Shown piece after piece: positions 11,342 through 22,064 of a stretch of DNA of 64,000 nucleotides. Every line of letters starts with the position of its first letter. The stretch's first letter is position 1. Origin of the DNA: Piedraia hortae CBS 480.64 (Eukaryota); the NCBI GenBank assembly GCA_010093745.1, contig MU005958.1, positions 248,001 through 312,000 on the forward strand. Direction: 5' to 3'. Position numbers and translations under genes: made by a program. The notes under the pieces are model-generated. The model was not told where the DNA came from. It made no database searches and was given only the letters and a program-made list of their open reading frames with translations.

Positions 11342-13282
11342 TCAACTTGAGTCATCAGTCATTGTGACTTCCGCCACCGGCATCCCCATAGGGTGCCACT
11401 TGATACCGGTAGGGTCCTGCTCCTCAGCCAAGCCGTCGTCCAGCAACGCTGCCGGCGGCAAGAGGTAGATGAGATCTGCCCAAATGTGCCAGTTGAGACA
11501 GAGAACGTGTGTCATCTGGCGTACAATGTGTTCTTGCGCATCTTGGGGAACGCTCGGCGCAGGCGGAGGAGCACACTGAGCGCCAAACCCAACTGGTGGC
11601 CGTCCAGTCGGCTGTGGTTGAGGAGGCAGGAGCGTGTTATGCAGCTGCAACGCCGACATGTTGATGTGACGCTCCACCGACGCATTCAGACGCAGGCGCA
11701 GCTGAGCGCAAATGGCGCGGGAACGAGCGTCGAATTCAGCTGAAGCAGGATCCAGAGCCCGGCGAAGACGAGTCTCAATCATGGCAAGCTGGGCGCCAGC
11801 GAACGTCGGCGTACTGCCAGAGGCGGTGCACAACATCCGAACAACCTCCACGGCAATGTTCTCCACACAGTCGATGAACCGGCCATGAGAACCAACAATC
11901 ACCAGTGCACTGGCCACCAGTGCCTCCTGGGCTTGAGCCAAGTCGGCTGGAGAAAGGTGGCCGCGTCCGAGTTCCGAAACCAAGGCTCGAAGGGCGGCGA
12001 GACCGACAACACGCCGCAATTGCGCCCTAACGCCACCAAGGCGGTCCTCGTCCAGGTAAAAGGAGGGTGGACAGCCTGCAGGATCGTCGGTTCGCACATG
12101 GTTCAACAGAGCAGCAACAAGAGCGTTTCGTGGCGAAGAACCAAACTTTGTAAGCTGACCGGCAAACCAGGCCCGGGCTCGGCAAAGGTCGAATTTTCCG
12201 AGGGCAATTCTGTGAGCATGATAGCGCCGTTGGAAGTGCAAAGTGTCGTTCACCAGCAGGAGGCGCATGTGGCGCACTTGGTGGTTGGCAACGTCCAGTT
12301 TCATGTTCTCCAGACAGACCAGCAGACGCCGCAGACCAGCAACTAGTCGATCAGGCCGGGCGAGGGTGGCGCCGGCAACCAAATCGTCCCGCATGGCATC
12401 AACATGTTCGTCCCTCATGGGGGCGCAATGGGCTTTCAAGAGGTTGGCAAGCCAATTGCCCAGCCCTACCAGATCGCAGACACCGTTAGTGATTTGCTTC
12501 ATGATGAGGTCCACATCTAGACGAGCGGCAATCGTGGCCTGCTCATGGTCGGGGACAAGAGTGAGGAGTACGTCTCGAATGACGACCAGCATAGGAGGCA
12601 GTCGACGTTGTCCGATGCTCAACATACGAACCCAATAAGCAGGACGTTCAGACAGCGGATGGCGGGAAAGACGCTCGGCAGCGTAGGCGTACACAAAAAA
12701 CTCGGCCTCCAGTGCCAGCCAATACTGCTCTGCCGCACGTAGCTTTGACCGGCCCTTTGAGCCTTCCCGGTTGGGGCGAAAGTGAAGATCACGGTCAAAG
12801 TTGACGTCGTGACGAAGCTTGGGGTTATTGATTATGCGAGCCATGTCGAGCTCAGCCAGGGAATCCAGCGTGATGGGAGGTGTCATGGCAGCACGCTCAA
12901 ACGCAAAGGAAAGGTCAGCGCCATGAGGCTCGACTGCCTGCATGATGATGGCGTACATGTCATAGAGGAGATCCTGGTCTGAGAGGTCGGCAGACCGTGC
13001 GGTGCAGTCTTCTGCCGTGGCACCAGGGGCAGAGCTGGAAGCCATGCAGAGAGTGTGATGGAGGTCAAGGGAGGAGGGACGGCGGGAGTCATGTGCGTGG
13101 CTCTCATTGTCATGCTGTGAAAGCTGAGTAGCGACACGTTCCGTCTGCGTGCGTGAGTGTGCAGATGTCCGGGCTTCGTCGTGAAAGTGCGATCCAGCCC
13201 TGGAGCGTGATTGTGCTTGGCCTGGTGAATAAGGCAGCTGGACGGACTGGCGTCTCTCTGCCGGCTCACCAGACGGCTGCAT
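11342..13282 (-). CDS. SOK1: Sok1 / T-complex 11 domain protein
   Basis: PPITLDSLAELD...NPKLRHDVNFD..LHFRPN, LKAHCAPMRD and LENMKLDVANHQ are Tcp11 family motifs. Confidence 0.9.
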   Translation of the reverse strand: MQPSGEPAERRQSVQLPYSPGQAQSRSRAGSHFHDEARTSAHSRTQTERVATQLSQHDNESHAHDSRRPSSLDLHHTLCMASSSAPGATAEDCTARSADLSDQDLLYDMYAIIMQAVEPHGADLSFAFERAAMTPPITLDSLAELDMARIINNPKLRHDVNFDRDLHFRPNREGSKGRSKLRAAEQYWLALEAEFFVYAYAAERLSRHPLSERPAYWVRMLSIGQRRLPPMLVVIRDVLLTLVPDHEQATIAARLDVDLIMKQITNGVCDLVGLGNWLANLLKAHCAPMRDEHVDAMRDDLVAGATLARPDRLVAGLRRLLVCLENMKLDVANHQVRHMRLLLVNDTLHFQRRYHAHRIALGKFDLCRARAWFAGQLTKFGSSPRNALVAALLNHVRTDDPAGCPPSFYLDEDRLGGVRAQLRRVVGLAALRALVSELGRGHLSPADLAQAQEALVASALVIVGSHGRFIDCVENIAVEVVRMLCTASGSTPTFAGAQLAMIETRLRRALDPASAEFDARSRAICAQLRLRLNASVERHINMSALQLHNTLLPPQPQPTGRPPVGFGAQCAPPPAPSVPQDAQEHIVRQMTHVLCLNWHIWADLIYLLPPAALLDDGLAEEQDPTGIKWHPMGMPVAEVTMTDDSS

Positions 13283-15154
13283 TGTGATGAGAGTTGTAAA
13301 AAAGGGCTTTGCTGAACGTCTTTTAGATCGATATTAATGAAGTTAAAGGCAGGAGCGCCCCTCCCCTGTGCACATGCGGTAGGGTCAGGTATGGGAGGAG
13401 GTTACGAAGGGGGTAGGAGAGGGGGGAGGGAGAGAGGAAAAGAACGATTATGAACGGCACAAGTAAGGGAGGAGAAATGTGAGGCAAAGATCGGGGGGGG
13501 GCAGAGCAACAAGGTAATAAGCGAAGGCCAAGTGGCCAGCACCGACGGCAGAGAGATGAAAAGGATGGCGAACGATGCGGCACGCCTGACACACGCCCGG
13601 CCCACGGAGCATGCCGCGGCTCCTCGGTTTGCCCATGGGGTTTTGGAAGGAGTGGGAGCGGTGGCTCTGGCAGTAGGGTTAATGAAGTGCACTGCGTACC
13701 TGCGCCGACGCGTGTCTGAGGAGAGCAGAAAAGATAAATTTAAAAATAAGAGAAAAATGAAGAGAAGAATGCGCAACGTTCTGGAAGACCGACGATCTAC
13801 ACCGTGTCGCCGACCACCCCCCGGTCATCTTCCCTTCAATCGGGCGACGGTCACGCGGTACCCCCGTCTAGCGTCAGGGCCGCTGCAGGTCGGAAAGGCG
13901 GTGCGGCCCGCTCCACCGATCGGCCCGGGATCCGTGTACCTAATTCCAGCCCCTCCGGATGACGACAAATAATCGTTCGGGTCCGGGCTCGCTTAAGATT
14001 TTTTACGAGTTGCACTGCTTTTAGTCTCTTGCCTTCCTGCAATGCAACGGAGCCAAAGCCATAAAGTATCTCTCAGTCCGTCTTTGCAGCGGTGGGCGAA
14101 GCGAGAGTTCCGAAAGAAGAAAGCAAGCCAAGAAAAGGTGGATTGATTAATTGCCGAGCATGGTGGCTGCGGGGTTTTTTGTCAGCTTGATCGGACTTTG
14201 CCGGTTGTTACATGTCACAATTCCCGTCCGGCATTGCTCTGTCTAGCTCTAGTGCAATGGCACGCCGCAACGGGTTTCATTACAACCTGACCACTGATCA
14301 ACCAGTGTGCTTTGTACCGTGCAGACGCACCACCATTCAGCTCACCGCAGCCCAGCCCCAGCCCCCTCAAGCCCTGGCCCGGTGCGATCTGATTGTTTGA
14401 TCGGCATGCGGATTGTTGCCGTCGCAATGGATGTCTCTGTGCCCTTGAAATTGAAGGATCTCAATCGAGATTCCTGACAAGCACAGAACCTTTTGAGATT
14501 GCTTCATGTTTGAGACAAACAGTTCGCGATGAGCAGGACAAGCTGGAGCTAGAAGCCACATGCCTCAATTTGTCAAGACTCACCTCGTACTCCAGAAGGA
14601 TTGAATAGGCAGCCCTATTCCAGTGTCTTAAAGTCCCTCTTCGGCATGGATCAACTCAAGAAAAAAAAAACACGGCTAGTCAAGCCAAATTTACATCGCG
14701 TTCCTTGCGAATGTCCAAGCTGAACATGGAAAGATAAAATACTTTGACAATCATGTCAACCATCTTAAAGTTCTCATGGTCAACAGATAACAGACTCCTT
14801 GAACACAGAGGTTTTCCCATAGAGTTCTGGTATGCATCGGAAGCCATGCATCCTGCCTGAAACGTGGTCGCGTAGCCTGCTCTTAACCACAGCCATTTAG
14901 AGGCGTTGGTTCCTGAAACCCGACAAATGAATGACTTCTTATCGACCCATGTCAAGTCTGCCTAGGAAAGTGTGACGTCCATTTGACGAGGGCCGTAGGA
15001 CCCCTATGAATACAGATTCCGTGCTCGAGAGTACCGTCTACGGTGCCATATATACTTCCCAGCCTCATGTCCGCCTGCGCATAGTTTCCCTTTTGGGAGG
15101 ACAATTCAAACCAAAGACGGCCAAGAACGGAAAAAGAAAAAAAGAACAAAAAGG

Positions 15155-16375
15155 TTAGGCCCTGCCGCGAGTGGCGCTGTCACCTTCGCCGTCGTCGCTC
15201 GTGGCGTTTGGAGAACAAGGGTCGCTTTCGGAGAGATGGCGGCGCTTGGAGCCTTCCATCCAGCTCTTAACACCGCCAATAAGCCCCATGGCGTATCCAG
15301 AGGCAAAGTCAAGGCGTCCCTCGCGGTTGCCGGGGGTAGCAGTGCCGGGGAGAGGGCTCTTGGCGCCGTTGTTAGAGGCGAGCACACCAGCTGCATCCCG
15401 CAGCGAACCAGCCGGACTGTTAGAGCGGCTGTTAGGTTCCCAGAAACGGCGAAGCTCCCTGCTCAGCTCCTGACCCGTTGACGTCCAGTTCTGCCTGACG
15501 TTATCACGCAATTCGGCCACATGACGCTTGATGTCCAGTTCGTTCTTCTTCAGCCAAGAAATGTTAAGCTCCTGGCGGCTGGAGCCACGCTTGAGCTGCC
15601 GCGCAATATACTGCTCGTAATCGCGGATAATCTTAGTGATAATCCCCGTGGTGCTGACACCTTCCGTGCGCTGAGTAACAAGAAACTGGCCGCGTTCCTT
15701 GATGGGCTTATAAATGTCATCTCCCTCGTTAGCACCATACGGCAGGTCGTCGTGGGCTACAAAGTCAATCTTGTGACGCTCCATAAACTCCACAGTGATG
15801 ATCCAAGGGCAGTCTTCAATGACTTCGTCAACCCAGCGGCAATGACGTAGTGATTCGGCGCGCTCTCGCGCTGACATGACCGTCAGACCCTTGCGCTTGT
15901 GAGTCTCGGCCTCACCCGTGACGCCAACAATTAGATGGGTGTTGGGGAACGCTGTCTTGGCTTGTTGCAACACTCGCATGTGTCCCAGATGGAACATGTC
16001 AAAGACACCATCAGCATAGACGCGCACAGGACGTCCCTCAGGCGGTGGATTGGTCTTATATCCCACGGGGTCTACCATGCCTGCGGGCGGGGGAGCTTCC
16101 ATGCGCATGTGGCCAGCTTCCCCGTTCTCGCCTCCACCATCCGACTCGCCATTGGTGGGCATTGTCGCGACAGCCGCCTCAACTGCTTCCTTCCTAGCCT
16201 CACTGCGGGTAGGTCGCGTGCGCTTAGCAGGCGGGTCAGCGGCCATTTGCTCACTGAGCTGCTGCTCTTCCACTGAATCGTTGGCGCCGTCCATTACGTC
16301 GGTAGATTTTTTACCCTTGACCGCTGCTCCGGCGTCGCGAGAGGGGCCAGAAGTGCGCTTGCGTTTCGGAGGCAT
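15155..16375 (-). CDS. PCT1: Choline-phosphate cytidylyltransferase
   Basis: RVYADGVFDMFHLGH (HxGH), HCRWVDEV, AHDDLPY and RTEGVST. Confidence 0.95.
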   Translation of the reverse strand: MPPKRKRTSGPSRDAGAAVKGKKSTDVMDGANDSVEEQQLSEQMAADPPAKRTRPTRSEARKEAVEAAVATMPTNGESDGGGENGEAGHMRMEAPPPAGMVDPVGYKTNPPPEGRPVRVYADGVFDMFHLGHMRVLQQAKTAFPNTHLIVGVTGEAETHKRKGLTVMSARERAESLRHCRWVDEVIEDCPWIITVEFMERHKIDFVAHDDLPYGANEGDDIYKPIKERGQFLVTQRTEGVSTTGIITKIIRDYEQYIARQLKRGSSRQELNISWLKKNELDIKRHVAELRDNVRQNWTSTGQELSRELRRFWEPNSRSNSPAGSLRDAAGVLASNNGAKSPLPGTATPGNREGRLDFASGYAMGLIGGVKSWMEGSKRRHLSESDPCSPNATSDDGEGDSATRGRA

Positions 16376-16459
16376 CCTGGGGGTTGGTGAAAATCTGCTA
16401 TGGATAAGGGTTCAGGGAGCAGAAACCTGGCAGACGAGGTGCGAGGAACATACGTCATA

Positions 16460-17033
16460 TGGTGCGGCTCACCAATTCGATCCAAACACCCTTTTTTCGC
16501 CCATAACATCACAACAAGACCACTAATCAAAAAAAAAACTACAGTACAAAAATTACTCCTGATAACAGTGAATATGATGAGCATATTCATTGCATCTCAT
16601 ACGCAGAGATGAAAAAGACCATTCGAAAAGAAAGCGTTTGATGGACTGTGGACTTCTTCCCGTTGGGCTTTGTAAGCTGTTATGTGCATGTATTCGCAGA
16701 CAATTTACCGTTTGCAACGTGTATGGCACATTGAACAATGACTAATAACACTTTTGCCACCAGTAGCGTCAGGCTACCAGGCCATAACAGACTCGTAAAT
16801 ACGCCCATATAATGGATTACAAATACAAACAGAACATGTCCGAAACAAGCTAAAATGTTGTTTTTTTTTTTAAATATTTTTATTCAACTGCGCATATGCG
16901 TTGTAACGAGTCTACTCATGCTCTTCAGCACCATTGAAGGAACATCTTGTAATGTGGAATTTTCGATAAGTGATCTTGTTGTGATGTTATGGGCGAAGAA
17001 AGAGTGTTTGAATCGACTAGGTGAGCCGCACCA
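16460..17033. mobile_element. Non-autonomous MITE/foldback element, 574 bp, with long TIRs and a TA target duplication (Tc1/mariner-type)
   Basis: 16460-16524 is the reverse complement of 16969-17033 at 59/65 positions, and weaker similarity continues about 100 bp further inward. TA flanks it at 16458-16459 and 17034-17035. The interior is AT-rich and non-coding. Confidence 0.82.
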
Positions 17034-17216
17034 TAGCAGCGGAAAGGGAACGGGCCGGCCGGGATCGGACGAGTCCGAGTTTGCGGAGATGACCGCTTGA
17101 CTAACGTCACTCCAAAGGGAATGCCACGTCCAAAGTACGGTGGACTAGAGTACAAATAGGTTCAGAGTAGCAGACGACACGCGGGGCGTGGATGGGTATC
17201 ACTCGTGTCACATTGG

Positions 17217-18889
17217 CTATGCCGACGGCTTAGAGTTTTGCAACTGTGCCTTTGCCTCGCCCGTCGTCGTGCTGGAGTCCGGTTTCGTGGAGCTTAGGGG
17301 CGAACTCGGTCGCACGGCTTGGGGCAACTGTTTAACCGAGCCGTTCGAGGTCTCTGTCGATTCTTCCGAATTCTTCCGCGCGTTCCCGTCCACTGTACCG
17401 TTGTTCTCCTGTCCCTTCTTCACCTGCGCATCCAAGTCCTTGTCTTCCAGCTCCTCGGTAATATTATGGTCCTCCATGTCGACGTCGCCATCGTCATCAT
17501 GGACATTGGACGATTCAGAACTGCTTCCATCGCCAAGCAGAATAACACGGCCACCGAGCCCGCCCAAGAGGCTGCCAAACACGCGCGTCCGCTGCTCCAT
17601 ATCAGCACTGTAGTCTTCGGAATTGTCGGAGCGGTGATGCACGCCAGGGCCGCGGAATTCGGCTGCTAGTGTTAGCACGCACTCGATAGCAGCTGGGAAT
17701 AATCGTACCGTATTCGGGTGGTGCGCAGGGCCCGTCGCCGTCGGCTACGCGATCGGCTACCATCTTGTACCACTCGTCCTTGGTCTTGCCGTTTAGTAGA
17801 CCGATGATGATCATAGTCATATTGTCGCAGCCGACGCCACCGGTGTCACTGTTACTAGCCAGACAGTTGTCCATCATGTTCTCGCAGATGGCCTGGAGCT
17901 CCTGTTTGGCTGCGATGCCCCGACGTACAAACTCAACTACAGCCTGCGAAGACTGACAGTCCCAGATGCCTACGCGCCGTCAGTTAGCTCTTTTTTGCCC
18001 CTTTTCTGCCAGCACAATGACCTACCATCACACGCAATCACGAGAAATTCGTCGTCGTCGGAGAGCTCGTGTTGTGTAACATCTGGAAATACGGTGACAA
18101 TCTGTTGCTCGGGTGGTAGGTCAGCGCTCTTCTTGAATTCAAAGTCGCCAATGGCTCGGCTCAGCGCGAGGTTGCCGTTGACGCGGCCAAACTCGACGTA
18201 GCCGCCAGCAGCACAGATGCGCGCCCGCTCGGCCTCGCTCTGGGGCTTGTGGTCGAGGGATAGCGGCTTCGCGCGGCCCTTGATGCCCAACACTGTGCGC
18301 GAGTCGCCAGCATTGCCCTAAGTCCAGTCAGCGTTGCGGTACTGTCCTCCTGCGCGCCGCTGCGTACCACGTAGATGTGCGTGTTGGTCACAATGCCGAC
18401 CGACGCAGTGCAGCCGGAAACCTCGTCCTCGTATTTTGGATCTGCCACCGTCAGCCTGACCCGTTATCCCACAGCTGCACACATACCGCTAAGAATGGCA
18501 CGGTCAATGGCGAGAAAGCCGTCCTTGAGTGCCTGCTCAAACTCGCGCTTCTGGAAGGCCGGTTGCTTGGCGATGATATTGTGCAGATTGTTGCCGGCGT
18601 ACTTGGCCACTTTGTCACCGCCGTGGCCATCGTAGACACCAAAGAATGAGATGCGCACGTCGGATGCGGCCGGCGTCTGCTCCGAGCCCGGTTGGAGCGG
18701 CTGCAAATCCAACACCGCCGCGTGTGCGTCCTCCATGCTTATCCTCCATCCCTGCATGGCACTGACTCCGAAGATGACGCGATCATCTTGTCCGCTGTCC
18801 GACGTCTGTCGCCATCAGCGTCCGGCCAAATCCTCCCTGCCGCCGGACCCTACCTTTTCCACCACCGGCTCCGAAAGTGTCTGGCCCAT
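17217..18889 (-). CDS. PTC2: Protein phosphatase 2C (Ptc2/Ptc3), 5 introns
   Basis: Exons MGQTLSEPVVEK / AMQGWRISMEDAH...VYDGHGG / SGCTA / GNAGDSR...DHKP...RVNGNLALSRAIGD...IACD / GIWD...GCDNMT / acidic tail. Confidence 0.93.
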
Positions 18890-19319
18890 TGTGAGAGCGC
18901 CGAAGCGAACCGCGGATCTTCAAATGCGCCGTAGTATTGCAGTGGTTGGCCGTCTCAGCCCGTAGATTTTCGAAGTTTCTAGGACTGGAGACGTCTCCGT
19001 TTGGAGGGAGAGTGGTTTTGAGAAGTGCGGTCGTGGGGGGCTAGACTCGACAGGGCAATGACGTAGAGGCGTTGGTGACTTTTCACGAGCGCGGGGTGCG
19101 ATCGACTTTTCCCTTTGTGTGCAACAAAGACGTCGAGCAATCTTTGTGCAAAAACTGTTCTGCCCTCGGTCCGCAGCATGATAATTTACTCTAGACTGAC
19201 AGGCCAAAGGGCAAGTTTATGGTGCTCTATCGACAGCACGGATGTTAGCAATAGGAGTTTCGTCATCGCAGGGAGACTGTTCCTGGCCTTCTTGGATGTC
19301 TCTGTAGTTTCACTCCTTT

Positions 19320-19958
19320 CTAGTTGTCCTCTTGCGTACAAAATCTCTCAAACTGCTTCCAAGCCTTCTCTAAGTCGTCATTAACAATCTTCTCATCGTG
19401 CACTCCCGGCGTAGACGCAAACTCCATCTCCCTCAATGCCTGAGCCAGTCTTTCGCGTATGGCATCCTCTTTATCCGTTCCCCTGCCCCGTAACCTTTCC
19501 TCGAGAATTTCCACCGACGGAGGCTGCAGGAAAAGAAACCTCGCATTGAGATCAGTCTTCTTCACCTGTTTGACGCCCTACAACATTCCCGTTAATCCCT
19601 TTTGAGAACTACTCCTGTTTCGTCAACCAACCTCCATCTCAATATCCAGCACGCAAACCCTCCCCTTTTCAAGAACATCCTTGACGGCCTGTACACTGGT
19701 TCCATAGAGGTTATTCCCGAAGCGCGCATGCTCAATAAATTTGCCCTGCTCGATCATCTTCTCGAACTCGGGTACGCTGACAAAGTTGTAGGCAACGCCG
19801 TCCTCTTCACCCGCGCGCGGAGCTCGCGTCGTGTGCGAGACGGAAAACCCATACCGTGTCGGGTATTTGTTAAAAAGCCTTTTCAGAAGAGTCGACTTGC
19901 CCGCGCCGGATGGCCCGGACACGACGATTGGTCGGGATAGTTTTGTTGTTGGTGCCAT
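19320..19958 (-). CDS. GUK1: Guanylate kinase; intron 19578-19631
   Basis: [10 protein letters not shown]-loop, [16 protein letters not shown] and LDIEME|GVKQVKK...RLRGRGT...IVNDDLE. Confidence 0.95.
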
Positions 19959-20028
19959 GTTTTTCGGAATGTTGTATGTAGTGCAGATGGGGGGCTACTT
20001 TCCGTTCACATGCAGGGGAGGTTGTTAG

Positions 20029-20313
20029 GATGCCAAGACGATCGACGTGCGCGCACGCATTCACACACATCATATAAACACAAAAGCAAAACATTAATCA
20101 TCAAAGTTCGATACAGAACATCCATACGCCCTGGTATCTTACTTAAAGCTCCTCACCGGTGAGAATTCTTTGACTTGTCTTCAGCCAGCTGGGTCATTAT
20201 GCCCTTCGCAAGTCCGGTCGCAGACCTGTGGTGAGAATCGGCGATAAGCCAACGCCTAGACTAATCTGCATTCTCTGAATAAGCGATCAAAATCTTTAAG
20301 CTCTGGTCGCGAT
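20029..20313 (-). pseudogene. Decayed duplicate of the RecQ 3' end
   Basis: Colinear with 22039-22309. Shared blocks: ggatgccaaga, ctcctcac, tcgcaag, cagacctg, aatcggcgataagcc, aataagc, ctttaagctctg. Confidence 0.78.
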
Positions 20314-20554
20314 CCCCCATTGCTACGCCTTTCAATTTCTTATTCCTATATCGTGACGACTGTTCCTTTTATGCTCGGCAAAGACGTCTAGTAAACTTCG
20401 TGTTGGATTTGTTCTGGCCAGGGTCCATGGGTCGCCTTTCACCGCACCCAACGACTTTTAACTCCTTTGTATTGAATTTTATAAGAGCAGAGCGTCCGCC
20501 CTTTAGTCCACCGCCCTCTTCCCCAACTACTCCTACAAAATAAAACCATTCAAA

Positions 20555-20914
20555 GTGAAGCCCACCTTCATCCTCGCCTTCTTCGCTGGAGCTTATGCTT
20601 TGACCGACGAACAGCACCGTCACAAGAAGAACAAGTACGCACCCGATGCTATCACGCGGTTCTGCGGCAACGGGTTTGTTGTCCCCAGCAATTACGCCAC
20701 CCAGGGCGTTGTGAACGCGGGGACCCTTGTGAGCATCAATGGCTGGGCCTGCAAGCCCTCTGTAAAGATCTCGCGCAACACCTGCCTCGCGCAATTTTAC
20801 CACACGTGTGCCCACGGCAATAATCATGGCGAGGCTCGGCCAGCTATGGATCACACGGATGCCAGAAGTGGCAGATCCAGGGTATTGGAAAGCATTCGTA
20901 GGTGGGCGGATGGT
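20555..20914 (+). pseudogene. Disabled paralogue of the small secreted Cys-rich protein at 21423
   Basis: Colinear with 21423-21785 but starts with GTG rather than ATG. The first Cys is changed to Arg, a 1-bp deletion lies near 20836 (gct-cggcc vs gctacggca), and TAC has become TAG near the end. Confidence 0.8.
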
Positions 20915-21422
20915 AGAGAGATTGTTGATGTTGATGTTTCTGTATTTAATTTCGACTTTTTTCTTGCGACAAAACTTCTCAGACTGCTCCCAAGCCTTTG
21001 ATCACATTCACACTATGAATGCATCCTCTTGTTTCCAAAATGGCAAGTAGTCGAATCAGGTTTGCCATTGGGTCCATTTTCCTGGACTGTGTGTATTTCT
21101 TTTTCTTCATCCATACAATGCGGATTTTCAGGACGCAAAGACGGCGGACAAAAGCATGATACACAATACACAGACCCGTTATTTTCCATGGCGGTGCCTT
21201 TGATCATTTTTCCATCTCGGATCGATTGACTTTTTTGTGTCCGACAAAGACGTCGAGCGACCTTTGTGCAAAACTTGTTCTAGCCACGGTCCACGATTCG
21301 TCTTTGGTCGCAGTCCATTGTTCTTATCTCTCTTGTGTGAACGACTACAAAAGCAGGACGTCTGCCCTTAAAGAGTCCACCACCAGCCTTCCCAACTCCT
21401 CTTACAAATCAAAACAGCTAAA

Positions 21423-21785
21423 ATGAAGCCCACCTTGATCCTCGCCTTCCTCGCTGGAGCCTACGCTCTGACGGATGAAGAGCACTGTCACAAGAAAAAC
21501 AAGTACGCTCCCGAAGTTATCAGGCAACTCTGCAACACCGATACGATGCGGGTTCCCAACAGCCGCGCCTTCGCGGGTATTACTAACCAGGGAGCCATGG
21601 TGACCATTGATGGCACCACCTGCAAGTCCGAGTGGATCCCGCAGAAGTACTGCCTTTCTCAATTCTTCAACATGTGTGCCCACGGCGATAGGAATGGCCA
21701 GGCTACGGCAAGCTATGGTACGCACGGATGCCAGAAGTGGCAGATCCAGGGTATTGGAAAGTATTCGTACGTGGGCGGATGGTAG
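21423..21785 (+). CDS. Small secreted cysteine-rich protein (120 aa, 6 Cys; effector-like)
   Basis: Signal peptide MKPTLILAFLAGAYA, 6 Cys, C-terminal YC..QF..MCAHG...G....YG..GCQKWQI. A diverged paralogue lies next to it. Confidence 0.85.
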   Translation: MKPTLILAFLAGAYALTDEEHCHKKNKYAPEVIRQLCNTDTMRVPNSRAFAGITNQGAMVTIDGTTCKSEWIPQKYCLSQFFNMCAHGDRNGQATASYGTHGCQKWQIQGIGKYSYVGGW

Positions 21786-21821
21786 AGAGATTGTTGTTTC
21801 CTGAATGTAATTTTGATATTT

Positions 21822-21985
21822 CTAGTCGTTCACAAAACTTCTCAATTTGTTAGCATCTTCCTCAAAGCCTTAGTCTTGCGCAGCTAGCCTTTTTTTTTTT
21901 TTTTTTTTTTTTTCTGTACATCTTCTCCAAGCCTTGCCTCGAGAAGTTGCAGCAAAAGTCAGTCTTCTTCACCTGCTTGACACTC
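21822..21985 (-). pseudogene. Decayed GUK1 exon-2 duplicate
   Basis: tcagtcttcttcacctgcttgacac (VKQVKKTD) matches GUK1 19552-19576. The blocks tccaagcctt and cctcgagaa also match. Confidence 0.7.
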
Positions 21986-22064
21986 AAAATAACCATATCA
22001 GTTCTCATTCTCCAGTCCCGGCCTTTGTTCCAGTTCAAGGATGCCAAGATCCATGAACAACCCA

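Noticed and set aside
20555..21001. 148-aa ORF read as an extended secreted protein
   Set aside because: The extension is a frameshift artefact relative to the intact paralogue and runs into a GUK1 relic.
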